Shown piece after piece: positions 37,700 to 47,388 of a stretch of DNA of 64,000 nt (positions within the stretch are counted from its first letter, which is position 1; the number at the start of each line of letters is the position of its first letter). The notes beneath the pieces are model-generated. The model had not been told where the DNA came from. It was given only the letters and a program-made list of their open reading frames with translations, and searched no databases. The DNA is taken from contig CAXXDV010000001.1 in the NCBI GenBank assembly GCA_963674745.2, positions 320,001 to 384,000 on the forward strand, given 5' to 3'. This stretch comes from Desulfosudaceae bacterium (GTDB lineage Bacteria > Desulfobacterota > Desulfobacteria > Desulfobacterales > Desulfosudaceae). The translations under genes and the position numbers were made by a program.

Positions 37700-38902
37700 A
37701 TGATCGTCGTATGTTTGGGGGGAACCGGGGGGATGGGCCGGTATGCCGCGCGAACGGCAGCGGCATTTGATTTTGTCGAACAAGTCATCATCGCCGACCT
37801 GAATGTCAAGGCGGCCGAATCGTTTGCTTCGGAACTGGGCCCAAAGGCCCGGGGTGTGGCCGTGGACGTTACCGACCCGGTCCTGTTAAGATCCGTCCTG
37901 GCCCGGGGCGATATCATCCTTAACACCGTAGGGCCTTTTTTCCGCTTCGGCGTCCCCATCTTAAAAGCAGCCATCGAAACCGGCAAAAGCTATATAGATA
38001 TCTGCGACGACTGGGAACCCACCCTGGAAATGCTTGATCTGCATGACCAGGCAGTCCAGGCCGGGATCACGGCTGTCATCGGCCTGGGTGCCAGCCCGGG
38101 CATCACCAACCTGCTGGCGGTCATGGCCATCAGGGAACTTGACCGGGCAGACAAAATTTACACGGTCTGGGATCTGGACAGCGCCAAACCGGAAACCATC
38201 GGCCCCAATCTCAGCGCGGCCATGGTGCACGGCATGCTGCAGTTGACCGGGAAAATACGGATCTGGGAAGACGGCGGCTACAAAGACGTCCGGCCGGTCC
38301 GTAAGATCCCTGTTGACTATCCCGGCATCGGCCGCCGCATTGCCTGGAGTATCGGTCATCCCGAGGCCATTACCCTGCCCCGCTATTTTCCGGACCTGAA
38401 AGCTTCCCGCAACCTCATGGTCACATCCGGCGCCAATATCTTTGGCCTATGGATCGTCGGCACCCTGGTCAACACCGGCATATTGTCCATTGAAAAAGCG
38501 GCCCGCATTGCCGAAAAAATCGAGGGCACCGGCGTGGGCCGCACGCCGGCCGATTTTATTCGGGAATCAAAATCCACGGGGCCATTGCGGCTGCCGCCTT
38601 TGTTCGCCCTGGCCGAAGGGGAGAAGGACGGCCGCCCGGCTGCCGTGGCCGTCACCGTCATCGGTGCCCCGACCGGCGGCATGGGCGGCGCCACCGGCGT
38701 ACCATTGGCCGCCGGACTGGCCATGTTCAAAGAAAACCTCAAACCCGGTGTTTTCGCGCCCGAAGGTGTCATCGACCCTGAAAAACTTCTGAATGTCATG
38801 GCCCCGCTATGCAATCCACCGTACAAAAACGCTTCGGAGATACTGGTTGTTACCAGATCGTGGGAAGACGGGGATATAAGGGAGAAGGTTTTAAAGTTTT
38901 AG
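37700..38902 (+). CDS. Saccharopine dehydrogenase-like NADP-binding oxidoreductase
   Basis: LGGTGGMG, NTVGPF, YIDICDD, GASPG and GHPE. Confidence 0.85.
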   Translation: MIVVCLGGTGGMGRYAARTAAAFDFVEQVIIADLNVKAAESFASELGPKARGVAVDVTDPVLLRSVLARGDIILNTVGPFFRFGVPILKAAIETGKSYIDICDDWEPTLEMLDLHDQAVQAGITAVIGLGASPGITNLLAVMAIRELDRADKIYTVWDLDSAKPETIGPNLSAAMVHGMLQLTGKIRIWEDGGYKDVRPVRKIPVDYPGIGRRIAWSIGHPEAITLPRYFPDLKASRNLMVTSGANIFGLWIVGTLVNTGILSIEKAARIAEKIEGTGVGRTPADFIRESKSTGPLRLPPLFALAEGEKDGRPAAVAVTVIGAPTGGMGGATGVPLAAGLAMFKENLKPGVFAPEGVIDPEKLLNVMAPLCNPPYKNASEILVVTRSWEDGDIREKVLKF

Positions 38903-39213
38903 GTTTTAAGTTTCAGGGTAGGAAATCGATCTTGGGTGGCAGAAACGAGTGGTTATGTGATTAAGTTTCAGGTGGTTGTTTTAGGTCAACAAAAAGCGAT
39001 ATTGGCAACCCGTTCGACCTGCCTGAAACCGCATTAAGCCTGACTTTCAACTTGTTTCAATTGCAACCCTATGAACTATCCCCCGCATAGCGGGCCATCC
39101 CCCAAGCCTCAAACCCCGTCCACATAACCACATAACCACATAATCACTTAATCACTTAATCACTTAATCACATAACCACTTAATCACATAACCACCTAAA
39201 ACTTTAAAACCTT
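38885..39213. mobile_element. 329 bp cassette bounded by a perfect 20 bp inverted repeat, enclosing GTGRTTAN arrays
   Basis: AAGGTTTTAAAGTTTTAGGT / ACCTAAAACTTTAAAACCTT; inner gtggttatgtgattaag and ~9 TAA(T/C)CAC(A/T) units. Confidence 0.65.
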
Positions 39214-39259
39214 TACCGCTGAATCCGGAGACGATCGTTTAGAATCTTTTTTGGAAAGG

Positions 39260-40000
39260 CTAAATCAACTTGAGTGAACTGCCCACCGTCCCCACCTTAT
39301 TCCCCTCACCGTCAAAAAGATAGGCGGCTGAAAGCATGACCGTAAAAACTTCACCGTCTTTTTTACGGTTTTTGATGCGGCCATAGAACCGGCCCTTTTT
39401 CTTTAAAGCCAGGCCGACCCGTTTTTCATCTTTGGGGTCATCGTAGATGATGCTGATGGGCTGATTAATCATTTCTTCAGGTGAATAGCCGAATCGCTTA
39501 TATGCGGCGGGGTTGAAACCGGTAATTTTGCGGTCATTGTCCACGGTAATCAGCATGGCCAGAGAACATTCAAAAATCGACCGGTACCGGGCCTCGCTCT
39601 CTTTTAAGGCTTTTTCCGCCAGGCGCTGTTCGGTCACATCCGAGACAGTCCCATTGATCACCTGCAGGTGACCGTTATCATCAAAACTGGTCCGCATGAT
39701 CTGGCTGAGGATCCGCGTTTCTCCGAATTTTTTCCGGATCCGGTGTTCCAGACGGTAGTAATCCGGCTCGGTGGTCTGGCTTAACGCTTTGATCAGATGC
39801 TTGACGCGATCAACGTCATCCGGATGAATCATCTTAAGGATGGTGGCAAAGGATTTATCAAACGTATCTTTATCAACACCGAAAATCTGGGCGGTGGTAT
39901 CGCCCAGCAAGACGATGTCTTCCTGAACGTTGATAATCCACCCGCCGATCAGTTTGGTCTGATGGGTTTTTAAAAAACCGATTTTATCATCATTTGTCAT
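39260..40000 (-). CDS. PAS-domain-only protein (two PAS/PAC)
   Basis: IHPDD, DVTEQR..E.ALKESE.RYRSIFE, FNPAA..FGYS and RKKDGEVF. Confidence 0.85.
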   Translation of the reverse strand: MTNDDKIGFLKTHQTKLIGGWIINVQEDIVLLGDTTAQIFGVDKDTFDKSFATILKMIHPDDVDRVKHLIKALSQTTEPDYYRLEHRIRKKFGETRILSQIMRTSFDDNGHLQVINGTVSDVTEQRLAEKALKESEARYRSIFECSLAMLITVDNDRKITGFNPAAYKRFGYSPEEMINQPISIIYDDPKDEKRVGLALKKKGRFYGRIKNRKKDGEVFTVMLSAAYLFDGEGNKVGTVGSSLKLI

Positions 40001-40276
40001 TGTTCACGTCCTGTTCGGCGATACGCATTGTTCTGAATTTAAATACTTTTAATGCCAGGGACAACAAATTTCCAAATAGGCTTTACCCCGGGGCTGCATG
40101 TCGGATATATTCTTTTCGTACTTTGTCCGGGACCGGTTCCAGACTTAAAGACACCCTTAAGAATTCTCGCTGATTATACCGGAAACGAACCGGAAAGTAA
40201 ATGTGCAAAACAGGTCATCCATGGCTGGTAAATAGTGCCACAGCACCTGATTTCATTGTTTCAAAGAGGGGCTAAA

Positions 40277-41059
40277 ATGAACCAACAACTTGGAAATAAA
40301 GAGAAAAAAAATGTGGTTATGGTCGGCATCGGCCAGATGGGCGGGGTGTTCGCGCTGGGGTTTCTGCGGGCGGGGTACCCGGTTTTTCCGGTAACGCGTA
40401 ACATGCGACTCTCCGATTACGTGGGCCGGATTCCCGACCCCGAGATTGTCCTTCTGGCCGTACCCGAAAACACGATTGTCGAAGCAATCCGGCAGGTACC
40501 GGAAATATGGCGGGACCGACTCGGCTTTTTGCAGAATGAACTGTTACCCTATATCTGGAAGACCGAGGGCATTGTCAATCCCACGGCCATGGCGGTCTGG
40601 TTTGAAAAGAAAAAAGGGCGCGCCGTCAAAGTGTTTCAGCCCACACCGGTTTTCGGGCCCCATGCCGAAACGGTCTGCGATGCGCTGACCGCCCAGGGCA
40701 TTGCCTGCCGTATTCTTTCGGACCCGGACCAGCTGGTGCTGGAGCTGGTCAAAAAAAACCTGTATGTCCTGACCATCAATATTGCCGGGCTTTCCGCGGG
40801 CGGCACCACCGGCGAATTGTGGCGTAATCACGAACCCCTGGCCGTGGCCGTGGCCCAGGACGTGTTAACGGTCATGGCGCATCTGACAGGCCAGGCCCTG
40901 AACCGGGATGAAATGATCGAATTTCTGGCGGATATCCTGACCAGAATTCCGGATCACGGCTGCCGGGGACGCGTGGCTAAAGACCGGCTGAAGCGGATTT
41001 TAGAGATTGCCCGCAAGGGGGGGCTGGCTACGCCTGCCCTGGATAAAATTTCGGCATAA
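40277..41059 (+). CDS. Rossmann-fold protein, distantly ketopantoate-reductase-like
   Basis: VGIGQMG and LQNE motifs. Confidence 0.6.
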   Translation: MNQQLGNKEKKNVVMVGIGQMGGVFALGFLRAGYPVFPVTRNMRLSDYVGRIPDPEIVLLAVPENTIVEAIRQVPEIWRDRLGFLQNELLPYIWKTEGIVNPTAMAVWFEKKKGRAVKVFQPTPVFGPHAETVCDALTAQGIACRILSDPDQLVLELVKKNLYVLTINIAGLSAGGTTGELWRNHEPLAVAVAQDVLTVMAHLTGQALNRDEMIEFLADILTRIPDHGCRGRVAKDRLKRILEIARKGGLATPALDKISA

Positions 41060-41075
41060 AAGGGACTCATTCTTT

Positions 41076-41199
41076 TCGTCATTCCGACCACCGAGCCGGA
41101 ATCCAGATCGGCCGGTGCTCATCCAGGGCTGCACAAAAATACATTATGAGAAAACCGTTCAATTTTTTTTCGACCCCGTGTCGGAGCCCGGGGTGACGA
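41076..41199. repeat. GTCATTCC/GGAATCC-type REP doublet
   Basis: TCGTCATTCCG..CGGAATCCAG ... GACCCCG..CGGGGTGACGA between convergent genes. Confidence 0.7.
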
Positions 41200-41217
41200 G
41201 GAATGGGAAGGCCCTTT

Positions 41218-41793
41218 TTACGAAGCCAGAAATGTCTGCATATAGACAAACTCATTCACGTCGATCAACTCACACGGCTCCAAGCCGATGCGCTGTTTGA
41301 GTTCGTCGGGTGAAAACCTGATCTCAAGCGGCGGGCCAAAAGGGGTTTCTTTCTTTTTAAATTCTACAATGGCCAGCCGGCCACCGATTTTTAACAGACG
41401 TTTGGCTTCATCGACAAAACCTTCCATATGCGACGGGGAAAACCCGTGCAGGACCATTGAGGTGTAAATCAAATCAAAGGCGGCCTCCGGCAGGGTCGTC
41501 TTTTGCGTAATATCCCCTACCTGGGGGTTGATGATCGTGCCTCGGGTTTCTTCTTTGAGTTCATTTATCAGCTCATCGTCCGGATCAAGGGCATAAACAA
41601 GGCCGGATTCGCCGGTTATTTCAGCAAACGCCCTGGCCATATACCCCTTCCCGCATCCGGCATCGAGAATGGTCTCGCCCGGCCCTATTTTTAAATTATC
41701 AGTGATGACTGTTTTATCTATCAGGCTTTCCGAAGATTTCCCCTTATGCTGGTGATGATGGCGTTGATCATGATGATGGTGGTGTGTGGACAT
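41218..41793 (-). CDS. Class I SAM-dependent methyltransferase with His-rich N-terminus
   Basis: LDAGCGKG, FDLI and LKIGG; N-terminus MSTHHHHHDQRHHHQH. Confidence 0.88.
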   Translation of the reverse strand: MSTHHHHHDQRHHHQHKGKSSESLIDKTVITDNLKIGPGETILDAGCGKGYMARAFAEITGESGLVYALDPDDELINELKEETRGTIINPQVGDITQKTTLPEAAFDLIYTSMVLHGFSPSHMEGFVDEAKRLLKIGGRLAIVEFKKKETPFGPPLEIRFSPDELKQRIGLEPCELIDVNEFVYMQTFLAS

Positions 41794-41807
41794 GCTGCTG
41801 CTCCTTC

Positions 41808-42932
41808 TTACCTTGCCGCCGTGTCTTGATTTTTGAATCCGCCCTGGTTGAGCGGGTTTCCGTTTTCTGTTTTCTGAATAATGGTAATATCCCGTTTGGG
41901 GTAGGGTATTTCGATACCCTCCCGGTCAAAGACCGCTTTCACCCGGTCGGTGACTTCAGAGATGGTATCCATGCGTTTTCTGGCATTGCTGATCCAGACC
42001 CGGAGCTGCAGATCCACAGAGGATTCGCCGAAATTCCGGACCACGACCTTTGGCGCCGGATCAGCCAGAACCCATTCCAGGGAACGGGTCACCTCGACGA
42101 TCAGGGCCTTGGCTTTGGCGATGTCCGTGTCATACGAAACCCCGATATTAACCCTGACCCGTATGGATGATGAGGTAGCGGTATAATTGACAATGTCCCG
42201 GGTCATGATGATGTTGTTGGGAATGATGATCTCAATATTGTCCGTATTCCTGATGGTCGTGGCCCGCAGACCGATGTTAATGACATCGCCCCAGGTGGCC
42301 GACCCAGCCGGTGCCTCCCAAAGCTCGATACGATCACCGACTTCAAAGGGGCGGTCGATCAACAACAGAACACCGGCGATGAAATTGGACAGGGTATCCT
42401 TGGCGGCAAAACCGATGGCCACACCGGCCACACCGGCCCCGGCCACAAATGGCATGATATTGACGCCTAGCGCATCCATAGCGATAATCACTGCTGCCGT
42501 ATAGATGATTATTCCGGAAAACTTGTCCAGGATATCAAAAACGATATCATCAACCCGGGTGTCTGTTTTGTCGGCCAGCCGTTGCTGCAAAAACTGAATA
42601 ACAATCTTGACCATGCTGTTCAGCGGCCCGGCCACCAGAAGGGTAAACACTGCCAGCAGAATTTTGTTCAGCAGGGGAAACTCGATAAAGGTCAATACAT
42701 ACATACCGGTGCCGAATAATACCGACAGGCCGACGATTTTTTTGACCAGCTTGAGGAACTGATCGCTGAATTGAAACAGCCGGATATTACGCCCCCGTTT
42801 CCTGAGGATCGTGATCGCCAGCCGCAACAGCAGCCAGACCACCAGGGCGACCACGCAGGCCGCCGCGATATTAAAAATAACCGTCCCCGGCGCAGCGTGT
42901 TTTAAAATTAACCCTTTTAGTGTGCTTATCAT
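41808..42932 (-). CDS. Small-conductance mechanosensitive channel (MscS family)
   Basis: GVAIGFAAKDTLSNFIAG, RPFEVGD, IPN and GIEIPYP. Confidence 0.92.
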   Translation of the reverse strand: MISTLKGLILKHAAPGTVIFNIAAACVVALVVWLLLRLAITILRKRGRNIRLFQFSDQFLKLVKKIVGLSVLFGTGMYVLTFIEFPLLNKILLAVFTLLVAGPLNSMVKIVIQFLQQRLADKTDTRVDDIVFDILDKFSGIIIYTAAVIIAMDALGVNIMPFVAGAGVAGVAIGFAAKDTLSNFIAGVLLLIDRPFEVGDRIELWEAPAGSATWGDVINIGLRATTIRNTDNIEIIIPNNIIMTRDIVNYTATSSSIRVRVNIGVSYDTDIAKAKALIVEVTRSLEWVLADPAPKVVVRNFGESSVDLQLRVWISNARKRMDTISEVTDRVKAVFDREGIEIPYPKRDITIIQKTENGNPLNQGGFKNQDTAAR

Positions 42933-42987
42933 TAGGATACCTCTTTATTTTATTTAAAGGTTTTTCAGCAATTCCAATTGGCACACA

Positions 42988-43065
42988 GGGTTCAAGGATT
43001 CAAGGGGTCGAGGAGTCGAATTGCAGTTCACTTGACCCCTTGAATCCTTGATTCCTTGGCCCCTT
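42988..43065. repeat. Inverted pair of GGTTCAAG-family 8-mer arrays
   Basis: gggttcaa ggattcaa ggggtcga ggagtcga ... ttgacccc ttgaatcc ttgattcc ttggcccc. Confidence 0.75.
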
Positions 43066-43123
43066 CCAAAGCCCATCGGCTTAACATTCATTTGTTTCAA
43101 CAAATCGGTGAATGGACCCAATG

Positions 43124-43384
43124 TCATAGGCCGAGCAAAGTGTCCAGCCGCCCCTCCTTTTCCAGGGCATGCAACTCATCGCAGTCGCCCACATGAACAC
43201 CGTCGATAAAAATCTGGGGGACCGTGGTCCGGCCCCCGCTTCGTTCAACCACTTCGTCAAGCCAGACCGGGTCCTGGTCCACCCGGCGCTCGACATAGGC
43301 AACGTTTTTTTTATTCAGCAGATTCTTGGCCCGAATGCAATAGGGGCAATAATCCATGGTATAAATTTCAACCGCTTTGGTCAT
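43124..43384 (-). CDS. grxC: Glutaredoxin 3
   Basis: CPYC, TVPQIFI and GDCDEL; ATGA overlap with the upstream gene. Confidence 0.9.
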   Translation of the reverse strand: MTKAVEIYTMDYCPYCIRAKNLLNKKNVAYVERRVDQDPVWLDEVVERSGGRTTVPQIFIDGVHVGDCDELHALEKEGRLDTLLGL

Positions 43385-44316
43385 TTCCCGCCTCCCTGCT
43401 GCTCGACTCTGCTGATAAATTCCAGCCATTTTTCCTTGAACACCGCGCCGGGCACGGCGTCCAGTGTCCGCAATTCCACAGTCGGCGCGCTCATATTAAG
43501 GCGGACATCGGTAAAAAGAGTTGTCATATGATAAAAAAAGGATTCGAAATTCGGGTTAACGGTCTGCCAGTATGGTATTTCAGCACCCAGCACCACCGCG
43601 TCCACCCCGACCCGCACAATATCCCGGGCCAGATCAGACGGGGTGGTTTCGGCTGTCGGCCGCTGATAGGGCATGCCGCAACGGCTGGGATCGGTGTTGT
43701 TCCAGATATCCCGCCGATCGGGCCCCATGCAGAAATCCGGGTCTTCCGCCAGACGGCACATCAAACCGAACAGGGTAGGCGTCTCATCAGTTTCCAGAAT
43801 CAGCGCGTGCAGGTGAATAGAAGCCGTACCCTTCATCATTTCGTGACCCCGGGTACCGCTTTTCTCCAGCCGTTTATGAAGATTCACGTATCGCTCGCTT
43901 GTCAGGCAGAGTGGCCCCGGCCCCCGCTCAGGAATATACGGTACCGCTGTGTAATCCACCCCGCACTCCCAGCGGATGGCATCATTGACGGTATCGATTT
44001 CCTTGAGGGTGGCGTCAAAATCGTTTCCGGCATCAGGCAGCAGGGGCATGCTGTGGTACTCGATCTGCCCGCCCGGTTCAAAGGTGACGTGCATGCCCCG
44101 GTCGTTTTCCAGGTACTTACCGTTGTGCGTAAAGCCCAGCTCGGCCAGGCATTTATGCATCTTTTTAACGCAGTTTTCAGTAGGTGGCTCCTTGGCCAGA
44201 AACTCGTATTCAAACCCGTAAGTGCGTTGTGCCCCGGGCGTCATCTTTTTCTCGATCCGATCCAGCAATTCTTTGCTATATACATCGATTAACTGCCGGC
44301 GGTCAATTTCAGTCAT
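43381..44316 (-). CDS. Glutamate-cysteine ligase family 2 (GCS2) protein
   Basis: GFEYE, TFEPGGQIE, GHEMMKGTASIH, HMTTLFTDVRL and VELRTLD. Confidence 0.82.
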   Translation of the reverse strand: MTEIDRRQLIDVYSKELLDRIEKKMTPGAQRTYGFEYEFLAKEPPTENCVKKMHKCLAELGFTHNGKYLENDRGMHVTFEPGGQIEYHSMPLLPDAGNDFDATLKEIDTVNDAIRWECGVDYTAVPYIPERGPGPLCLTSERYVNLHKRLEKSGTRGHEMMKGTASIHLHALILETDETPTLFGLMCRLAEDPDFCMGPDRRDIWNNTDPSRCGMPYQRPTAETTPSDLARDIVRVGVDAVVLGAEIPYWQTVNPNFESFFYHMTTLFTDVRLNMSAPTVELRTLDAVPGAVFKEKWLEFISRVEQQGGGK

Positions 44317-44523
44317 TACGATATCCCTTATTGCCTCTTCAATCTTTCGTCACGAACATTCCACAGCGCTTTGGCTAATCACGGGCAAGCTGTCCGTGGC
44401 ACCCGTTTTCGTTCTGTTTTGTCCAAATAGCGGGTTGCGACGCAGCCACTTCAACCAGGAATTCAGCCCTGAAATACATGGAGCACGAATGCGCATGTTT
44501 TAAGGAAACTGATCAATACCCGA

Positions 44524-44640
44524 TAAACACTTAACCACCTAAACACATAACCACTTAATCACCTAATCATGACAAAAGGGCACGGCACGCCGTGCCCCTA
44601 CAACATTTGCGAACGACCGGTGAACCCCAAACCCAAAATC
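44524..44640. repeat. Composite cassette: 8-mer array, GTAG-REP and 7-mer remnant
   Basis: 44570-44614 is a near-identical reverse complement of 56941-56986. Confidence 0.75.
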
Positions 44641-46535
44641 TAACACCTACCCCCTATAAAATGCTCATACCACAGTGTAAACACAATCACCGCAAAAACC
44701 CGGTCGGCCCCGGATACCAAGGTGTGCGGCCCGATGTTTTTTGATGAACTGTCTCGGGTTTGAGCGGCAAATACGTCCGGGTCCACAACCCCCTGCCGGG
44801 CCACCATGTCGCCGCGGACCACCTCTTCAATGGCTTCAGGCAGGTTGTCCGGATCGGACAGCCAGTCGGCCATGGGAATGGTAAACGGCTGTTTTTTACG
44901 AAAGGCTGTGGCCCGGTCCAATATCCCGAATCGTTCAAAAGCCCGGCGGCAGACCACCTTTTCCATATCGGTAGCGATGTTTACTTTCAGGTTCACCGGC
45001 AGCCGGGCGGCAAACTCGGCCAGCCGGTAATCCAGAAACGGGGTCCGGGTTTCCAGGGAGTGCCGCATGGAGAGTTTGTCCAACCGCAGAATCACATAGT
45101 CCGGCAGCCGGGCCCGGCTTTCAAAGGCAATAGCCGTATTGACCGGATGACCGTCCGGATCTACCACAGGCAACGCATCGTCCGGGAAACGGGTGTCCGG
45201 ATAATCCTGCCCCAACAGCTGTTTTAATGATGACACGTCAAACAACTGCTCGCTCTGGATATAACGTTTGGCGGGATCACGATCCCGGACCGCCATATAT
45301 GGCGCCAGTTCGGGATAGACGGCGTCAAGCCGTTTTTGTTCGGCCGATCCCAGGACGGAATAGACAACCGCCGCCGCTTCGATGAGAAACTTGCGGTACC
45401 CGGCAAAGATCTCGTCCGCCCCTTCGCCGGTAACCACCACCTTCAAATGGCTTCCGGCCAGTTCACACACCTGGTCGGTGGGCAGGATCGTCCCCAGAGA
45501 AATCGGTTCTTCAATGGTTTCAACGATTCCGGGCAATCTCTCCAGCATCTGCCGGCCGCACATACGAACGATATGCTCACTCCCCGTAAACCGGTGCCGG
45601 TTGGCCGCCAGAAAAGTTTTTACCGCCTCCAGTTCATTATACGCCTGCTCTTCAAACGATATGGAAAACAGCCGCAGCGGTCCATGAAAATCCACGGCCC
45701 GGGCAGCTACAGCGGAAGAGTCAATGCCGCCGCTGAGCAATGCGCCGACTTCCACATCCGAACGCAGCCGGATACGGACTGCGTCGGAAAACAGGTCGTA
45801 AAATTCTTCTTCGGCTGTTTCGACCGTCATATCCGGATCAGGCCGATCGGGCATATGGTTCCAGTAACGACGGATCTCATGTTCACCGGTACGCAGGTCA
45901 TAAACCAGGTAACTTCCCGGCGGCAGACGGAACACGCCTTCGAACATGGTCTGGGAACCGGGCACATAGCGATAGGTAAAATATGTACCCACCCGGGACC
46001 GATTCAGCCCGGCCGGACGACCGCTGCCGGCCAGAAGAGGCTTGATTTCGGAAGCGAACACAAAACGATCGTCATGGACCGTATAATAAAGCGGCTTGAT
46101 ACCGAAACGATCGCGGAACAGCACCACTTGCTCGTTGACGGGATCAAAAACAGCGCCGGCATACATGCCGTTAAGGTGGTTTAAAAAATCAAGGCCCTTT
46201 TGGCGGTAGGCATGCAGAGCGACCTCGATGTCGCCTTTGGTGACAAACGGCTGATTTCCCAGTTCCTGCCGCAGCTCGATGTAATTATAAACCTGGCCGT
46301 TGCAGACGATGGCCGTTCCATCCGCCGGACAGACAATGGGCTGCATGCCGGTCTCAAGGTCCAGGATGGACAACCGCACCAGCCCCAGCCCCACCCGACG
46401 TTGTCCGGCAGCAAACACCCGCTGTTGCTGATCATCCGGCCCGCGATGACGCTGCAGCCCGCCCATATCTGCCAGACGATGCAACACCTCATCTTTACCC
46501 AGAGATTTCGTTATGATACCGCTGACCCCACACAT
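44640..46535 (-). CDS. asnB: Asparagine synthase (glutamine-hydrolysing) family amidotransferase
   Basis: MCG N-terminal nucleophile, HRGPD, RDRFGIKPLYY, LSGGIDSS and GEGADE. Confidence 0.88.
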   Translation of the reverse strand: MCGVSGIITKSLGKDEVLHRLADMGGLQRHRGPDDQQQRVFAAGQRRVGLGLVRLSILDLETGMQPIVCPADGTAIVCNGQVYNYIELRQELGNQPFVTKGDIEVALHAYRQKGLDFLNHLNGMYAGAVFDPVNEQVVLFRDRFGIKPLYYTVHDDRFVFASEIKPLLAGSGRPAGLNRSRVGTYFTYRYVPGSQTMFEGVFRLPPGSYLVYDLRTGEHEIRRYWNHMPDRPDPDMTVETAEEEFYDLFSDAVRIRLRSDVEVGALLSGGIDSSAVAARAVDFHGPLRLFSISFEEQAYNELEAVKTFLAANRHRFTGSEHIVRMCGRQMLERLPGIVETIEEPISLGTILPTDQVCELAGSHLKVVVTGEGADEIFAGYRKFLIEAAAVVYSVLGSAEQKRLDAVYPELAPYMAVRDRDPAKRYIQSEQLFDVSSLKQLLGQDYPDTRFPDDALPVVDPDGHPVNTAIAFESRARLPDYVILRLDKLSMRHSLETRTPFLDYRLAEFAARLPVNLKVNIATDMEKVVCRRAFERFGILDRATAFRKKQPFTIPMADWLSDPDNLPEAIEEVVRGDMVARQGVVDPDVFAAQTRDSSSKNIGPHTLVSGADRVFAVIVFTLWYEHFIGGRC

Positions 46536-46638
46536 AATCAGCTTTCCTTGTTACCACTTGTCTATTTAAAACGTTGATTTACGTCGTAAACTCAAATATT
46601 GGCGTTTAATGAAAACCAGCAAAAATGACGTGCCGCCC

Positions 46639-46680
46639 TTAACCACTTAATCACCTAACCACATAAACACCCTGACACCT
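46639..46680. repeat. TAA(C/T)CAC 8-mer array
   Basis: ttaaccacttaatcacctaaccacataaacac. Confidence 0.65.
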
Positions 46681-46727
46681 CAAATGCATATCCGGCTGGC
46701 ACCGGAGACTGAATTATGGACAAATTT

Positions 46728-47366
46728 CTACTCATCAAGATTAGGCTCAATGGCGCAGGCCGTGCCGGTCTCGTATTGATCTTTAAAAACAGAGTTCGCC
46801 AGCATATTGAAGAAAAACATCAATTTGAATACCGCAAAAACACAGGTCTGCTCTGTGGTTGTATAAAGCTGTTCAAACGCTGCCGGCAGGTCCTTGTTCG
46901 GAAACGTTCCCTCATGGGTAAGGTATTGACACACCCATTGCAACGCCACCCACTCCCGGTGCTCAAATACATCCGGAGAAAGCTCGATCAACGCATTCAT
47001 CTCTTCCCTGGATAAACCGGCGGTTCGACCGAACCGCCTGTGGGCGGCCAGTCACTGGGGGCAACCGTTTCCCATGGCCGTAACGATCATGATTTTCTCC
47101 CGGAAGCCCGGAGGTATCGCCCGGAAAACATATACCCGCAGCAGGGGATAAGTGTACCGCAACAAATCGCCCGCCCGGAAAAGCAGGTGTCCCGGCCCCT
47201 GATAACGCCGCTTGTCCGCGTAACCCGATTGAGCGATCCGATCTTTTTCAAAAAACCGCGCATCATATCGCCGGCCGCCGGCGGTCCGGACAAACGAATA
47301 AGCAACTACCAACAGGGGCGACAGGCCCAGGACAATCAAGAAAGCAAAAATTATCTGTATCCACAT
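46728..47366 (-). CDS. Membrane-anchored AhpD/carboxymuconolactone-decarboxylase-like selenoprotein (CxxU; UGA 47054-47052), 212 aa
   Basis: The two annotated ORFs are in frame: ..REKIMIVTAMGNGCPQ-U-LAAHRRFGRTAGLSREEMNAL..EWVAL..; a perfect 8 bp hairpin follows the UGA. Confidence 0.88.
47019..47038 (-). promoter_or_regulatory. Putative bacterial SECIS element
   Basis: mRNA GGCGGUUC-GGUC-GAACCGCC; loop starts with G, 21 nt after the UGA. Confidence 0.8.
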
Positions 47367-47388
47367 TGCACTGATTCCTTATTTTAAC

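Noticed and set aside
39120..39200. Repeat arrays as a CRISPR array
   Set aside because: Units are contiguous 7-8 bp repeats with no unique spacers, and there are no cas genes.
42960..42985. Sigma-54 promoter upstream of the MscS gene
   Set aside because: TTGC is present on the coding strand but there is no GG at the -24 position.
44640..46535. AsnB-like gene as a lasso-peptide cyclase
   Set aside because: It retains the N-terminal Cys glutaminase domain, and no precursor, B protein or peptidase is adjacent.
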